Below the pieces are notes generated by a model. It saw nothing but the letters and a program-made list of their open reading frames with translations, was not told the origin of the DNA and searched no databases. Source: Corallochytrium limacisporum Hawaii (lineage: Eukaryota; Protista; Pluriformea). From it: a DNA stretch of 64,000 nt. A program made the position numbers and the translations under genes. Positions 1-10,600 of this stretch are shown here, piece by piece (positions within the stretch are counted from its first letter, which is position 1; each line of letters opens with the position of its first letter). The stretch lies in contig PDIP01000025.1 of assembly GCA_002811645.1 (NCBI GenBank), positions 34,245 to 98,244 of the forward strand, in the 5' to 3' direction.

Positions 1-2062
1 TGTTGCGTTTTGGTCGCACCGGCTTCTGCACTGGAACATCAGGTTGAGTCTCCCCATCAGGCAACTGAGTCCCGTCAGTAGAGGGCTTGGAAGACCTGCG
101 CTTGGGCCGCTTCACAGACGAAGCTTCCGCAGGTACAACCTGTGCTTCTTCGGCCGACTTTGGCGTCGGCGCCTCCCGGGCGTGCGTTTCCTTATTTGAA
201 TCACCCGCCCCGCTCACCATCCCACCTAGAGCAACAGTTCCCGCTCCTTCCTCAAGAAGCTCAGTCTGCTGCTTCTTCGGCTGTGATTCGGTCTCATCTG
301 TTGTTGCCTTCTGTGGCAGGACTTTTCGCTCGGATTCCCCCTGCTTATCTGCGGGTGCAACAGGGGTCTTTGAAACCTTTGAAGAGTCCATTGGAGCCGA
401 GCTCTGGGACTCTCCGGGCGTTGAGGCTGCTGCACTTGCTACAGCTGCGGCACCTGCTACAGCTGCGGCACCTGCCACGGCCGCGACCTTCCCATCACTC
501 GGGGTCGTAGCGTCCTTTTGGGTACGTGACCCAGAACGGGAACCAGAACGGGAACCAGAACGGGAGCCCGAGCGAGAACCCTTGCGCGACCCAGACCTTC
601 TTTCCGTAGATGGATCTGCATCGGTCCGGCGACTCCGGTTTACCGCGCCATACGCACCAGCCGCCCCGGCAGCAGTGCCAGCACGCTTGGAGCGGCTTCC
701 TGAACGACTTGAGGGCCGGCTCGAGCTCTTCCTGCCTTCTTCTCCTTCGGGCTCACCTTCAGGCTCCTTAGATTTGGACTGTTTGCTTCCAAACAGCTTT
801 GAGAAAAATGTGCCACCTTCCGACTTACTGAGATCATCCTTAGAACGAGGCTTCTTGTCCTTCCTCGATCTCCTCAGATTTCCCTGTTCGGCATATTCGG
901 GATCAGTCTCTTTTGGCCGCAAGTCCTGAACGGGCAGGCCTGGCTCTGAGTGCTGACGCCGGTGCCTTTCCTTGGAACTTTTTCTGACGGGTGGCTCAGG
1001 CGCATCGCCCGTCGGACGTGACGATGGATCTAGTCCACTCAAAGAAATGGCAGATACACCCCCTCCCATGGCTCCTGCCATTACTACATTTTCCGCACTA
1101 ACGGCCGTACCCCGAGGTGTGATGATGCCCTCCATTTCTGCACGATTCAATTCTTGTGTCCGTCTAATGTCTACATACAGATTTGACGATGACTTTGATC
1201 GCGTGCGCTGGCCCGTTTTCCTGTAATTTTCAACCTTGCGGCGCAGTTCTGTCATCGCTTGCTCATCATTCAGATACTTCGGTCCGACAGATGCAGCGGT
1301 GCTGCGACGGAAGTCATCGATTTGTTGCTGCGACTTTGTATGGAATTCCTCCTCGCGCTGCTGGCGTTCCAATGCAGCCTGACCTTCCGGTCCACTGAGA
1401 GCAGCATCCATAATATTTCCCCGGGAGTCTCGTAAGATACGATCCTTCTCGTCTTCTTGACCATGAATGCGGCCCTTGTGCTTGTTGTAGAAATCAGCCC
1501 AGTCTGCTTCCGGCTCCACAATACCCCGCGGTGCAGGAGACGGCGAGCTCTTGACCGGACTGGGGGGACCTGACCGTGAGCCATAAGAACCAGGTGTAGT
1601 AGGTACACTATCTGCCAGCTTCTTAAGCTCCCTGCTATATTCTTCCTTGCGTCGGAAAGTGGTTCGAATGTCCCTCTCATACTCGTCTCCTCCCAAGGGC
1701 ATAAGATCCAGGTATCGCCGTTTTCTAGGAGCATACCACGATGGATCAATCGGAGGATATTCGTCTACAGGGGTCCCTTTCTTCTTCTGCCGCTCACTCC
1801 TGACCTCCCGTCCCTTGCCGCCGTCACCCATATCCACAATCTCGTCCTCACCGGGAAGTTTGAAGTCCATTTGGTCATCATCCTCGTGGACAAGAACATC
1901 GTCGTCATTCCAAGCGGTCACCAAGTCATCAAAAACGTCGGCAAAGTCTGCTGGCCCTCTCTTCCCGCGAGGTGACGGCCGTGCCGCTCTCAAGTTACCA
2001 CTGCCCATAGGACTCTTTAGTCCTGGACCCTTGGACGTGTTTGATCGACCACTGGCCAACAT
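1..2062 (-). CDS. Large low-complexity, charged S/R/G/A-rich protein of unknown function, 3'-partial (runs off the window start)
   Basis: Manual translation from ATG 2062 (context gccATG) gives MLASGRSNTSKGPGLKSPMG...DFADVFDDLVTAWNDDD...GSRSGSRSGSRS...KPVRPKRN with no stop down to base 1 (>680 aa). The + strand ORFs 87-929, 972-1226 and 1647-2111 share one frame and read as antisense shadows (REPEREP mirrors GSRSGSRS). It is missing from the ORF track, probably because its stop lies outside the window. Confidence 0.85.
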   Translation of the reverse strand, partial: MLASGRSNTSKGPGLKSPMGSGNLRAARPSPRGKRGPADFADVFDDLVTAWNDDDVLVHEDDDQMDFKLPGEDEIVDMGDGGKGREVRSERQKKKGTPVDEYPPIDPSWYAPRKRRYLDLMPLGGDEYERDIRTTFRRKEEYSRELKKLADSVPTTPGSYGSRSGPPSPVKSSPSPAPRGIVEPEADWADFYNKHKGRIHGQEDEKDRILRDSRGNIMDAALSGPEGQAALERQQREEEFHTKSQQQIDDFRRSTAASVGPKYLNDEQAMTELRRKVENYRKTGQRTRSKSSSNLYVDIRRTQELNRAEMEGIITPRGTAVSAENVVMAGAMGGGVSAISLSGLDPSSRPTGDAPEPPVRKSSKERHRRQHSEPGLPVQDLRPKETDPEYAEQGNLRRSRKDKKPRSKDDLSKSEGGTFFSKLFGSKQSKSKEPEGEPEGEEGRKSSSRPSSRSGSRSKRAGTAAGAAGAYGAVNRSRRTDADPSTERRSGSRKGSRSGSRSGSRSGSRSGSRTQKDATTPSDGKVAAVAGAAAVAGAAAVASAAASTPGESQSSAPMDSSKVSKTPVAPADKQGESERKVLPQKATTDETESQPKKQQTELLEEGAGTVALGGMVSGAGDSNKETHAREAPTPKSAEEAQVVPAEASSVKRPKRRSSKPSTDGTQLPDGETQPDVPVQKPVRPKRN
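438..580. repeat. Coding tandem repeats: 18-bp unit (AAAVAG) and 12-bp unit (GSRS)
   Basis: gctacagctgcggcacct x2 at about 438-475 and ccagaacgggaa-like units x4 at about 530-580. Confidence 0.8.
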
Positions 2063-3863
2063 GGCTTCTGCAAGTGATGTGAGGCCAACGAACTCTATTG
2101 GACTCACATAATCGTGGTCTTGAGACTCGTCGCTTTGCACCTTTGTCTGTTGGTTTTATCGCAGCAACGCCAAATACCTGTCGTTGCCCAGAAAAAGGCC
2201 TCCGGAATCCTGAGCGAGACTCAACACCCAATCGGGTCCGACCCCACGGGCCCCGAGCACTCCCTACCTGTTCCGAGCCCGTTCCCTCTCTGTGCGCCCT
2301 TGCCGTCCCATTTAGGGCTTCCAACTACTGGCCAAAACGCGTCCAATATTTTGCCATCTCTTACCCCGCCTGGCCCAAAAAGTGCAATTCGTCGAAGTAC
2401 AGAATCCAAGTCCCTCCCCACTCTGGTTCAATTGACACCAAGCAAAAGTGATCTACCTTTGCCAATCCCGAATATTGCGGAAGTGGTGCGAGCGGGGGAA
2501 GAATGGTTGCGGCCATCTACCTCGGACCATTTGGCCTGTGTGGTTTTCTCGTGTCTCGGTTGTGAACAAAAGCTTGTACTTTTTGGGCAAAGGACCGCTT
2601 AGCCCCAAGGGTGATGAAGTGGCACACAGCGTGAGCGGAGGAGCGGGGTCCATTCCTTCCGTTAGTTATTTCATATCACTACTGCGGGTTCCGAACGGAC
2701 GGACCCGGCTTTTTTCCACTTCCAGGACGTACCCAATTGGTTCTAGGGGATTTGAAGAAGGGGGGGGGGGCTCAGCAGCAGCGACAAAAAACAGAACATC
2801 GAGGAACACACGATGAAAAAAAAAGAAACAGCGAGCCAGGCAGAGAGAATACAAAGAAAATTTTAGAAAAACAAAAAAAGGAACAACAACAAAGGGACCG
2901 ACCACCAGGACCACGTACAAGAGAACGAGTCTGAAATAATAAGGGAAAGTACGACAGTTTGGAATTGGTTTTGGTGGACAGGGCGTGCTGCGGTGGCATA
3001 CGGTTGTCCGGCCCCAAACCACCACCACCACCACCGTTCCCGACCCGGGTCACTGCTGGAGGGTGCTTCACCAGGGACACTCCCTGATGACAAAACACAG
3101 GGAACTGTGTCCCCCAATACATATGGCGAAGCCGCAGCCAACAATAGCAGCCGATGGCCAACACGCACTCCATGGGTGATGATCATCCGTGTTGCGGTTG
3201 CCATTTCACTCCTCGGTACATCTTGCAATGCAAGTGTGACAAGCAGCACCAGCTCTGCGAGTGTGCGCACAAACCTGTGTGTACGGCTTCAGTCCCACTG
3301 ACCAACGACCCTCTTCACCATCTTCTTCAACACACACCTCAACACACCCTCACCACTCCCTTCCCCACGGGGCTAGGATCGAAAGGAATTGGAGCATGGG
3401 TCGGGCCGACAAGCAGCAGGGGTCCGGTCGCTTTAGCAGGAGAAACGATAGTCAGAGGACGTAGCCTCGACATAGAAAACACAGTCACCCCTCCCCACTC
3501 GATTCCCTCTCCCTCCTCTGCAATCAAAAGCGGACAGAAAAAATTGCCATGGACGGTTTCTATGGGCTCGAAGGCTCAGTGTACTGTGGCACTGGGGAAA
3601 AACGGGATTCCCTTTTTCATCGTCGTGTGATATATTCTATATACGGACTCTGGAATTTGCACCCACCCAAGGGCACTAGGGATGGGGGACTCGTGTGTTG
3701 TTATCGAGTTGGAGACCCAGCTAGTGCAGTGCACAGCTATATATGATGCGGAATGAGTATCCTACCAGAGATCTCCCGTGGGTATGCACACACGCACAGT
3801 GGAAAAGTTTTAGTGTATCATATGTGAGTAGACTCCAGCAGCTGGACTGCACGAGGAAGTAAG

Positions 3864-4889
3864 ATGGCGTCCACGTCGTCAACGAAAAAGCCACTCGAAT
3901 TGCACACATGGTCCGAGAAATGGGGTCTTACGACTTCCAGCCCGGAAGGACTGGCGCTGATGGCATATGCTCATGTGGTGGGTGTGAACCTGAAGATCGT
4001 AAATGAAAATAATCCAAGAATGTCGCCGACAGGACAGCTCCCCTTTCTCAAGGACCACCACGGTCGCACAATCACTGGGTTAGACAATAGTCTCAACTAT
4101 CTGCGCGAACATGGAACGCGAAAACATGAGGACGGCCTTAGTCAAGAGGAACAGTTAACATCACAGGGACTGATTGCACTTGTGGAAGAAAGTCTAGTAC
4201 CTGCCTTGTTCTACGACTGGTGTTACGATGGAGATAACTGGGAAAAGGGAATGCGTCATGCCTTTGAAGAGATGTTGCCATTCCCGTTGAACTATCTTGA
4301 ACCGTCGAGAATTTTGGCTTCCCTCAATGCTATGATTGGGCTTCGCCATGGCGTACGTGGTTCCAACGTAAGAAATGGCGATGACTTGTACACATCAGCT
4401 AATCGGGCTTTGGACGTACTACAACAGACTATTGTGTCAAGTGGAAAACCATTGAGTGGCAGTAAGTACGGAGCGGTAGATGCTGTTGTTTGGGCATGTT
4501 TGAAGGTTGGATTGGCAGTTCCCACTGAGAAGTCCGCATTCAAGAAGATGATTGAAGCAAGACCCGAGCTTGTGGTGTGGGTCAAGGCGACAGACAAGCA
4601 AGTCGGCGATGCAGCGGGTCAGAGCGGTGAGTACGGTACAGATGGTAAGAGCAAGGACCAGAGCAAGACGGCACCGGGTATGCCGTCAGAGGAGGAAAAC
4701 CGGAAGATGATTCAGGGTGGACGACTACCATTTATCGCGTTTACCGTCACAGCCATGATCGGGTACGCACTTTACAATGGTATGTTCCTTCTGCGGCGCT
4801 TGCAGGCTGTGCAAGCACAGCAGGCCAGGCGCGCAGGAATGAGTCAGCAGCCCGCTAAAGTAGACTACCGCAAGTTCATGGAACATTAG
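3864..4889 (+). CDS. MTX1: Metaxin-1/Sam37-like mitochondrial outer-membrane protein (GST fold, C-terminal TM anchor)
   Basis: WGLTTSSPEGLALMAY and NPRMSPTGQLPFL match metaxin N-terminal motifs; LVEESLVPALFYDW, PFPLNYL; hydrophobic C-terminal helix LPFIAFTVTAMIGYALY. Confidence 0.85.
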   Translation: MASTSSTKKPLELHTWSEKWGLTTSSPEGLALMAYAHVVGVNLKIVNENNPRMSPTGQLPFLKDHHGRTITGLDNSLNYLREHGTRKHEDGLSQEEQLTSQGLIALVEESLVPALFYDWCYDGDNWEKGMRHAFEEMLPFPLNYLEPSRILASLNAMIGLRHGVRGSNVRNGDDLYTSANRALDVLQQTIVSSGKPLSGSKYGAVDAVVWACLKVGLAVPTEKSAFKKMIEARPELVVWVKATDKQVGDAAGQSGEYGTDGKSKDQSKTAPGMPSEEENRKMIQGGRLPFIAFTVTAMIGYALYNGMFLLRRLQAVQAQQARRAGMSQQPAKVDYRKFMEH

Positions 4890-4940
4890 TGTGATCTAGT
4901 GGTTGTAATAAAATAGTCATGATACGTTTTCCTAACCCGC

Positions 4941-5681
4941 TCATGTAGTTTGCATCGGTCTGGTCTTAGGCCTTGCTCCACCGGACTTCATCAATTTACG
5001 AAGCAAGACATAGTTCAGCCACCAGATGCCCACAGCTCCTCCGAGGCCAAAGAGCGTGATCGGGTTCCTAAACTTTTCCCGCTCACATTCCTCGTAGCTC
5101 TTCCACAGACCGTATGAATGGACCAGTCCGCGAAAGATAAAAAAGATAGCATACTGAACAACTTCTGAGACAACAAACAGTTTAGTGTCAGCTAAACCAG
5201 CGAACTGCAGCAGCTTCCGCCAGTGCAGGAAAATAGAGTGTGGCTCTGCGAGCAGTGCCAAAAAAGTATATGGTTGATACATCCGCACGTACAGAGATAG
5301 AGCCAGTCCGAACACAACGATCACATGGTGATTTCTGGTCATCCGATCAGTCTTGAACAGATCTTTAGCAGCCATGCTATACGTGTCAAAGATGAAATAT
5401 CCAAGGGACCAAGCTACGGCTTGCCTGACATATACGCTGTGATACTCATCCATATGGTCAAAGACCCTCAACCCATTCTCAACCAACTCCTTGGCCAGGA
5501 GGTATGTCACCGTGACCGCATGACAAAACGATCCCGAATGGTTGCGGAACAACAGCCTGCTTCTAGGAGACAGTGACTGTGGGATGAGACCCGCGACCTC
5601 AACTCCTTTATCGACCGCAGCATGCAGCAAAAATGATACCGCGGCCCAGGCGATCGTTCTGGGGCCATCCATTAATGGCAT
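4941..5681 (-). CDS. TLC (TRAM/LAG1/CLN8) domain membrane protein, TLCD/TMEM56-like
   Basis: SFCHA, SLGYFIFD, HH (RNHHVIV), LLAEPHSIFLHWR and FFIFR motifs; multiple TM helices. Confidence 0.85.
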   Translation of the reverse strand: MPLMDGPRTIAWAAVSFLLHAAVDKGVEVAGLIPQSLSPRSRLLFRNHSGSFCHAVTVTYLLAKELVENGLRVFDHMDEYHSVYVRQAVAWSLGYFIFDTYSMAAKDLFKTDRMTRNHHVIVVFGLALSLYVRMYQPYTFLALLAEPHSIFLHWRKLLQFAGLADTKLFVVSEVVQYAIFFIFRGLVHSYGLWKSYEECEREKFRNPITLFGLGGAVGIWWLNYVLLRKLMKSGGARPKTRPMQTT

Positions 5682-6645
5682 GGTTCTAAAGCCTTATCTA
5701 GTCCGCACAAGGAATGCGGATTGGGGCCATGCCAGACGTCAGATTGAAGAGGACAAGTACCCACATCGCGTGTGGCATTGCGTACGGACTGATGAGTCTC
5801 GCCAATGGCTGCTTCTCGCTTCGCGGATGGGGATGCAAGGCGCGCTCCTTGCGAGTGCCAAAAACAGCGAAAAGCAAACGCACAGTCCACAATTATTGAT
5901 CAATAAATTTACGCTCGATATTTTCTCAAGCGGGTCAAAAGAATCATTGGGCCCCCCCTCCATTCGATAGTGGCCACCTCCTGTGCGTTGGGAACACTAT
6001 AGGAAAAAGGCCCCAGGTTCTCAATTAATGGGGACGGGGAAGGTACAGTGGCAGTTCTATAGTGAAGACACCATACCGTACCTAGTTTACGACAAGTAGG
6101 AAGTGGAGAGGACATTCTGGGCGGAGGTTCAGTACCTTATTTACCTGCTTGCTGGACCAAAACTCAGCCTACTTTATGGTAGCGAAGGACAAAATGACCC
6201 TTCTGTTTCGAGCTGTGCCAGTGTCTTTTCCCGTTCGCGATGGACACCATTCTTGGAGTGTCTGTATAGTGAACATATGGAAACTGTCTCGCACAAGACG
6301 TAGGTTAAGCGTCTGCTCTTTAGCGAAAGGCTCGCCAGGGACAGGACATTTTGGGCGGTGAACGAGGACAAAGGAAGGACGTTCTGAACGGTTGCAGTTC
6401 TTCACAAACCTGTCTGAAGTGATTCTATCTCTCTCGTGGGAGGACCATTTGTGCTCTCTACCAGTATTGATTATTCGCGTGGGGCAGGTAGAACTACCAG
6501 GTCTGAACCGAAGACCAAATTTTTATATCCGGACTGCTTTACTTTATTCTGCGTATCCGCACGCGGTCGATAGCTCACAGTGGGCAGGTTTTTTCAAGCG
6601 CGAACACGACTTCACAGTACTATACCTTCTTCAGTCATGCTTCTC

Positions 6646-7617
6646 CTAAACAAGAGACTTGTGCTCGGGTACGCTCGGGGGAATGTGGAGCCCACCGGCC
6701 TGATGATAAGGGGGGACATCGGGGCAATAAGAGTGTTCCGAATAGAACCTTTGGGTGCAAGTGCTAATGACGGAGACGGGAGGCTGTCTTTCGCCGTTAA
6801 GATACATTGGAAAGGAGAAGACCACCACTGTATCGCTTGACACGGCTTCACCGGTAGTGCTCGCTTGTCTAATGATAGGCTGACACATGCCATATGAATT
6901 TTCGCTGTACTCGACATCGAAAGTCAGGCTGCCCATCTTGTTGTCAAAGACGAGAGTCAAAGTCTGATCCTCCAGGTTACAAGCGCTCCCATCAATGTCG
7001 AGGGTGGCGGTCGAGATTCCCGAATCGAAGGGTACTGCATTCTCCTGGTACAGTGAGATGGAATCCGGGCTTTCATAAATGGTACCAGCGGGAAGAAGGT
7101 TGTAGTTGTGGAACTGGACAAACCCTGTTGGTGTGTTGATGCCACCATCCTGGGCTAACATGGGAACTCCAGGGCAGCCACCGTTGAGCAGCCATTCACT
7201 GGCAAGGCAAGAGCTAATTGCGGAGTAACGGCCACCATCGCTGTTTACCATGGCATTACCGTAGACGGTGACAATACCAGGCGTATCAAAGACATCTGTA
7301 TCCGAGATGGCTGCAATAGAGTTGATTTTGACGACGCATTCCTCTTCGTCGCCCCCCAGAGCATAGTACTCAATATCTGCCTTGAGCCCACCCTGATTGT
7401 TGTCGATCATGATATTAAGGCTCTGAACCTCAAACTGATCAGAAGATCCATAGGCGCTTACCTCTATGTTCAGTGAAGTATTTGGGCTTGGGTAGGTCCA
7501 GGAGGATTGGCGGTGGTAAGTGGACGAAAGCATGTCAGGAGCGCTAACCGTGCCTTGTGGGATATCCGCATAGTTATATATTTGAAGGCTTCCAGTGCAA
7601 GTGGTAAAAGCTGGCAT
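6646..7617 (-). CDS. Orphan acidic beta-rich protein made of two ~150-aa tandem repeats
   Basis: 323-aa ORF; residues 8-163 and 164-313 align (TGxxQxxNYxxxPxGT; ExQxLxxxxDNxxGxLxxDxEY...C; SxISxC...CPxVPxxxQxGGxxxP). Confidence 0.7.
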   Translation of the reverse strand: MPAFTTCTGSLQIYNYADIPQGTVSAPDMLSSTYHRQSSWTYPSPNTSLNIEVSAYGSSDQFEVQSLNIMIDNNQGGLKADIEYYALGGDEEECVVKINSIAAISDTDVFDTPGIVTVYGNAMVNSDGGRYSAISSCLASEWLLNGGCPGVPMLAQDGGINTPTGFVQFHNYNLLPAGTIYESPDSISLYQENAVPFDSGISTATLDIDGSACNLEDQTLTLVFDNKMGSLTFDVEYSENSYGMCQPIIRQASTTGEAVSSDTVVVFSFPMYLNGERQPPVSVISTCTQRFYSEHSYCPDVPPYHQAGGLHIPPSVPEHKSLV

Positions 7618-10600
7618 TTCAATAATTACAAGGACCTCAATTCCCTGCTTTCGATAGTACGCAACCGAACCAGATTCACTTTGGAGCAGATTCAGACTGC
7701 CTTTTGTACCTAGTTCCGCCGTCCCTGATTACTGGGTGATGGTAAGCTGTCCTTCAATCCTTTTGCAATCGAGTCCAGTGCCACTTGCAAAGAATCCTTT
7801 CTCAGGCACGCCGTTGGTTCCTGGCTTGCATTGGGAGATGATGGGACAATTGGAACGACCAGACCGGACTAGTTCCCAAGTCTTCAGCTTCCCATGCTAT
7901 TGCCATCCATCCACGAAATTCGTTCTATAGAGGAATCTGTAGTCTCATAATCCAATACTGTGTCCAATCCCCGTGTTAGCAGACTGATATTCACGGTTAT
8001 GGTGGCTTTCTATGCACATCAAGACATACACTCTCTGCAGGGTCACTTTAGGTCCTGCAGGTACGATTTTGTATTGGGCCGGGGGAAAGGGGAAAGGGGA
8101 ACACAATCATTTGCCCTGCGCACGCTTCATCTCGTACCCTTCTCCATTGGCTCAGTATCAATTTACAACAAACCCGATGGCCCTCCGTCCCCCCATTCAC
8201 TCAAATTCTATTTTCGGGGTGACTTTATGGTTGCCAGCCTGAGCAGAGTTCTGAACATGCCAGGTACTACATGTTCACCCGTCTGGAGCTGCCAAAATCC
8301 CTGTCCGCCACAGTTTCCCTTGTCACACAAGGTCCTGGAAGGACAGCTGACCAATTTGTTACAGTCTACCAGCCAAAGCGACAATCGCAGTGCAAATTTC
8401 TTTTGAATCTGTAGTGGACAGTGCAATAGCTTGCTCACTTTCGCATGGCCATCCTGTCTAGCTACCCAGCCCGGTGCGTCCACCCCTCAACCCCCGCAAT
8501 TGCTAAAAAAAAAGCCTTCCATTTCATCGAACGACGTTCCCCCCGAAAGAAACTACAAGAGAAGGAAAATCTTATAATAAATGGCCTTGCATGAAACAAG
8601 CAACAATTTTTGTAGCGACGGGTGGGGCAAAGTCTGCACGACAGTAAGCGCATTGCAGGTGCGGAAATCACTGCGCAGGCTGCTGACTCCGGGAAAGGTA
8701 CGGTCACCAGCGGTTCCAGCATTGACCAAAAAAGAAAAAGAAAAAGGAGAGACCGGCGGATATATTTTAATATCCGGATTAGTTACGAACCTAGGGGTTG
8801 TGATCAATAACTTAAATTGGGGGTCAGTTTTGGAAGTATTGAACAGTCGGCCCTAAGACAATTCTTTGTCTAATTCGTTGATCCACTTGGAGCGGGTCAG
8901 CTGGTGGTGCTCCGCCTATCAGTTGGACTCAACCCGCTGCTGGCTAATTGCCAATCTCTATCAGTCCAGCGCATCCGATCCCTGGCTCTTGGCCCCCCCC
9001 CTCGGGGGGGTGGGGGCCGTTGTTCGTCGTTACACCATAGTGGGTTCATTGCAATCGTCCGTCCCCTGAGGAGGCTGCAGGAGATGTGTGGGGGAGGAGG
9101 GGCTGCTTTCGGGGACTTCGTTACGTCTGACTCCCCGCCCGGCCAACATCATACTGTACCAGATCGCAGATGTCCATATCCCCGGCCGTTTACCTTAGGT
9201 CTCGATCTGTAACATGCTTAAGCGAGGGAAGGCCTCTGATCCCGACAGCTGTCACTGGAAAAACGATGGATCAAAGTGGTAGAGTCCTGAATGCTAATCC
9301 CAGCGGCGGCGACGTTCCAACGTAGAATTACTATCTGACAGATAGAGCTGGTGCTGCGACATCTATTGGCTGTGGGGAGCTTGGGACTGATACTTTAAAT
9401 ATTCAATCAGACCACTGCGATTTCTCAAAGAGGACACAAACTGCTCACTCCCTCATTCCAATGCAGCCGCCACTGAGACATACACAGCGAGACTGCAGTC
9501 CGGTGGGGGATTCATAGCAAATGAATCGCTCGCTCAGGAAATGTTCCTGAGCACCGGGCATAAAAAGTTAACCCCTTCGATTCACTGCCGATCAAACAAA
9601 ACTATCTGCTGTAGTCCTAACCAGTAGGTAAGTGGGTAATCAGCAGGGTCACGCAATCAAAAGAGCAATGTTGGCACCAGGTCTTGGCCAAAGATTGCCT
9701 CCCGATGAACTATATACTTTGGTGGGATACATTTTTGGTCTCCGCGAGTACTTAAAACCACCAGTACCTGTGTATCCTCTTCACTTTGGTGCCAGGCCCA
9801 CCAAGGGATATATTTCGGTCGGTTCCCCCAAACTCTGAGCACTCGTGGGTATATTGAATGAACATGGACTATTGTATTGTTGGGATTTGTTTTCCGCACT
9901 TTTGTGGGAGGGGAGTGGCGAATTTGAGCTCAATTTCCCTACACTTTATATATGGAGAACAAAGGTGTGTCGATGTCCCTGCCACTTGACTGGAACGTTC
10001 CAGTTCAATTCTTAGGGTACCACAACGTGAGAGCATATAGCTGTATTCAGGTTCCCTTTTCGCTATTGGGCTCCATGTGGTGCGGTCCTGGAAGTCCAAG
10101 TTTATTGCAACTGGTGCTGTAATTTAATCGGTAGCAGGTAGTACTGGGTCTGTAGTTTGCAGCCAGGGCCCGCGACATAGCGTCTGGCTGGCGCGATGGT
10201 TAACCTCTTTGACTCCCACAGGTCACGCGGGCTTATCCAATACTGAATGCCCGCTTTCCATCTGCTTGCAGTTGGGATCGACGGGAAACAAAACTGCAAT
10301 TATCGTCACAGTGCCAGAACCACTGACGGCAGAGATCCTAAGAAAGAAGTTTCCAGAGCTAGCGTTTAGTTTGGATCATGAGACACCCCCAATGTGGCAG
10401 TGGCTGTGAAACATGTCTATGATGTGGCCTCTGATCTTTGGTCGATTGTCTGTGTGGGGCTGCCTTGCCATTTTGTTCTCGGTTTCGAACCCATGAGAGG
10501 AAAGAACCCAAGCTGGTGTCTGTGTACAGCTGCGTGGGTTCCAGCTGCTGTATGAGCCCATAACGTTTTGAAACCCGCTGTCCTCTTCCCTCCCACTCTT

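Noticed and set aside
87-2111. + strand ORFs 87-929, 972-1226 and 1647-2111
   Set aside because: Antisense shadows of the long minus-strand ORF
3339-3620. Minus-strand frame with an in-frame TGA, as a candidate selenoprotein
   Set aside because: No redox motif, no family resemblance and no SECIS seen
9532-9552. Perfect 9-bp inverted repeat gctcaggaa-atg-ttcctgagc
   Set aside because: About one such hairpin is expected by chance in 64 kb, and there is no supporting context
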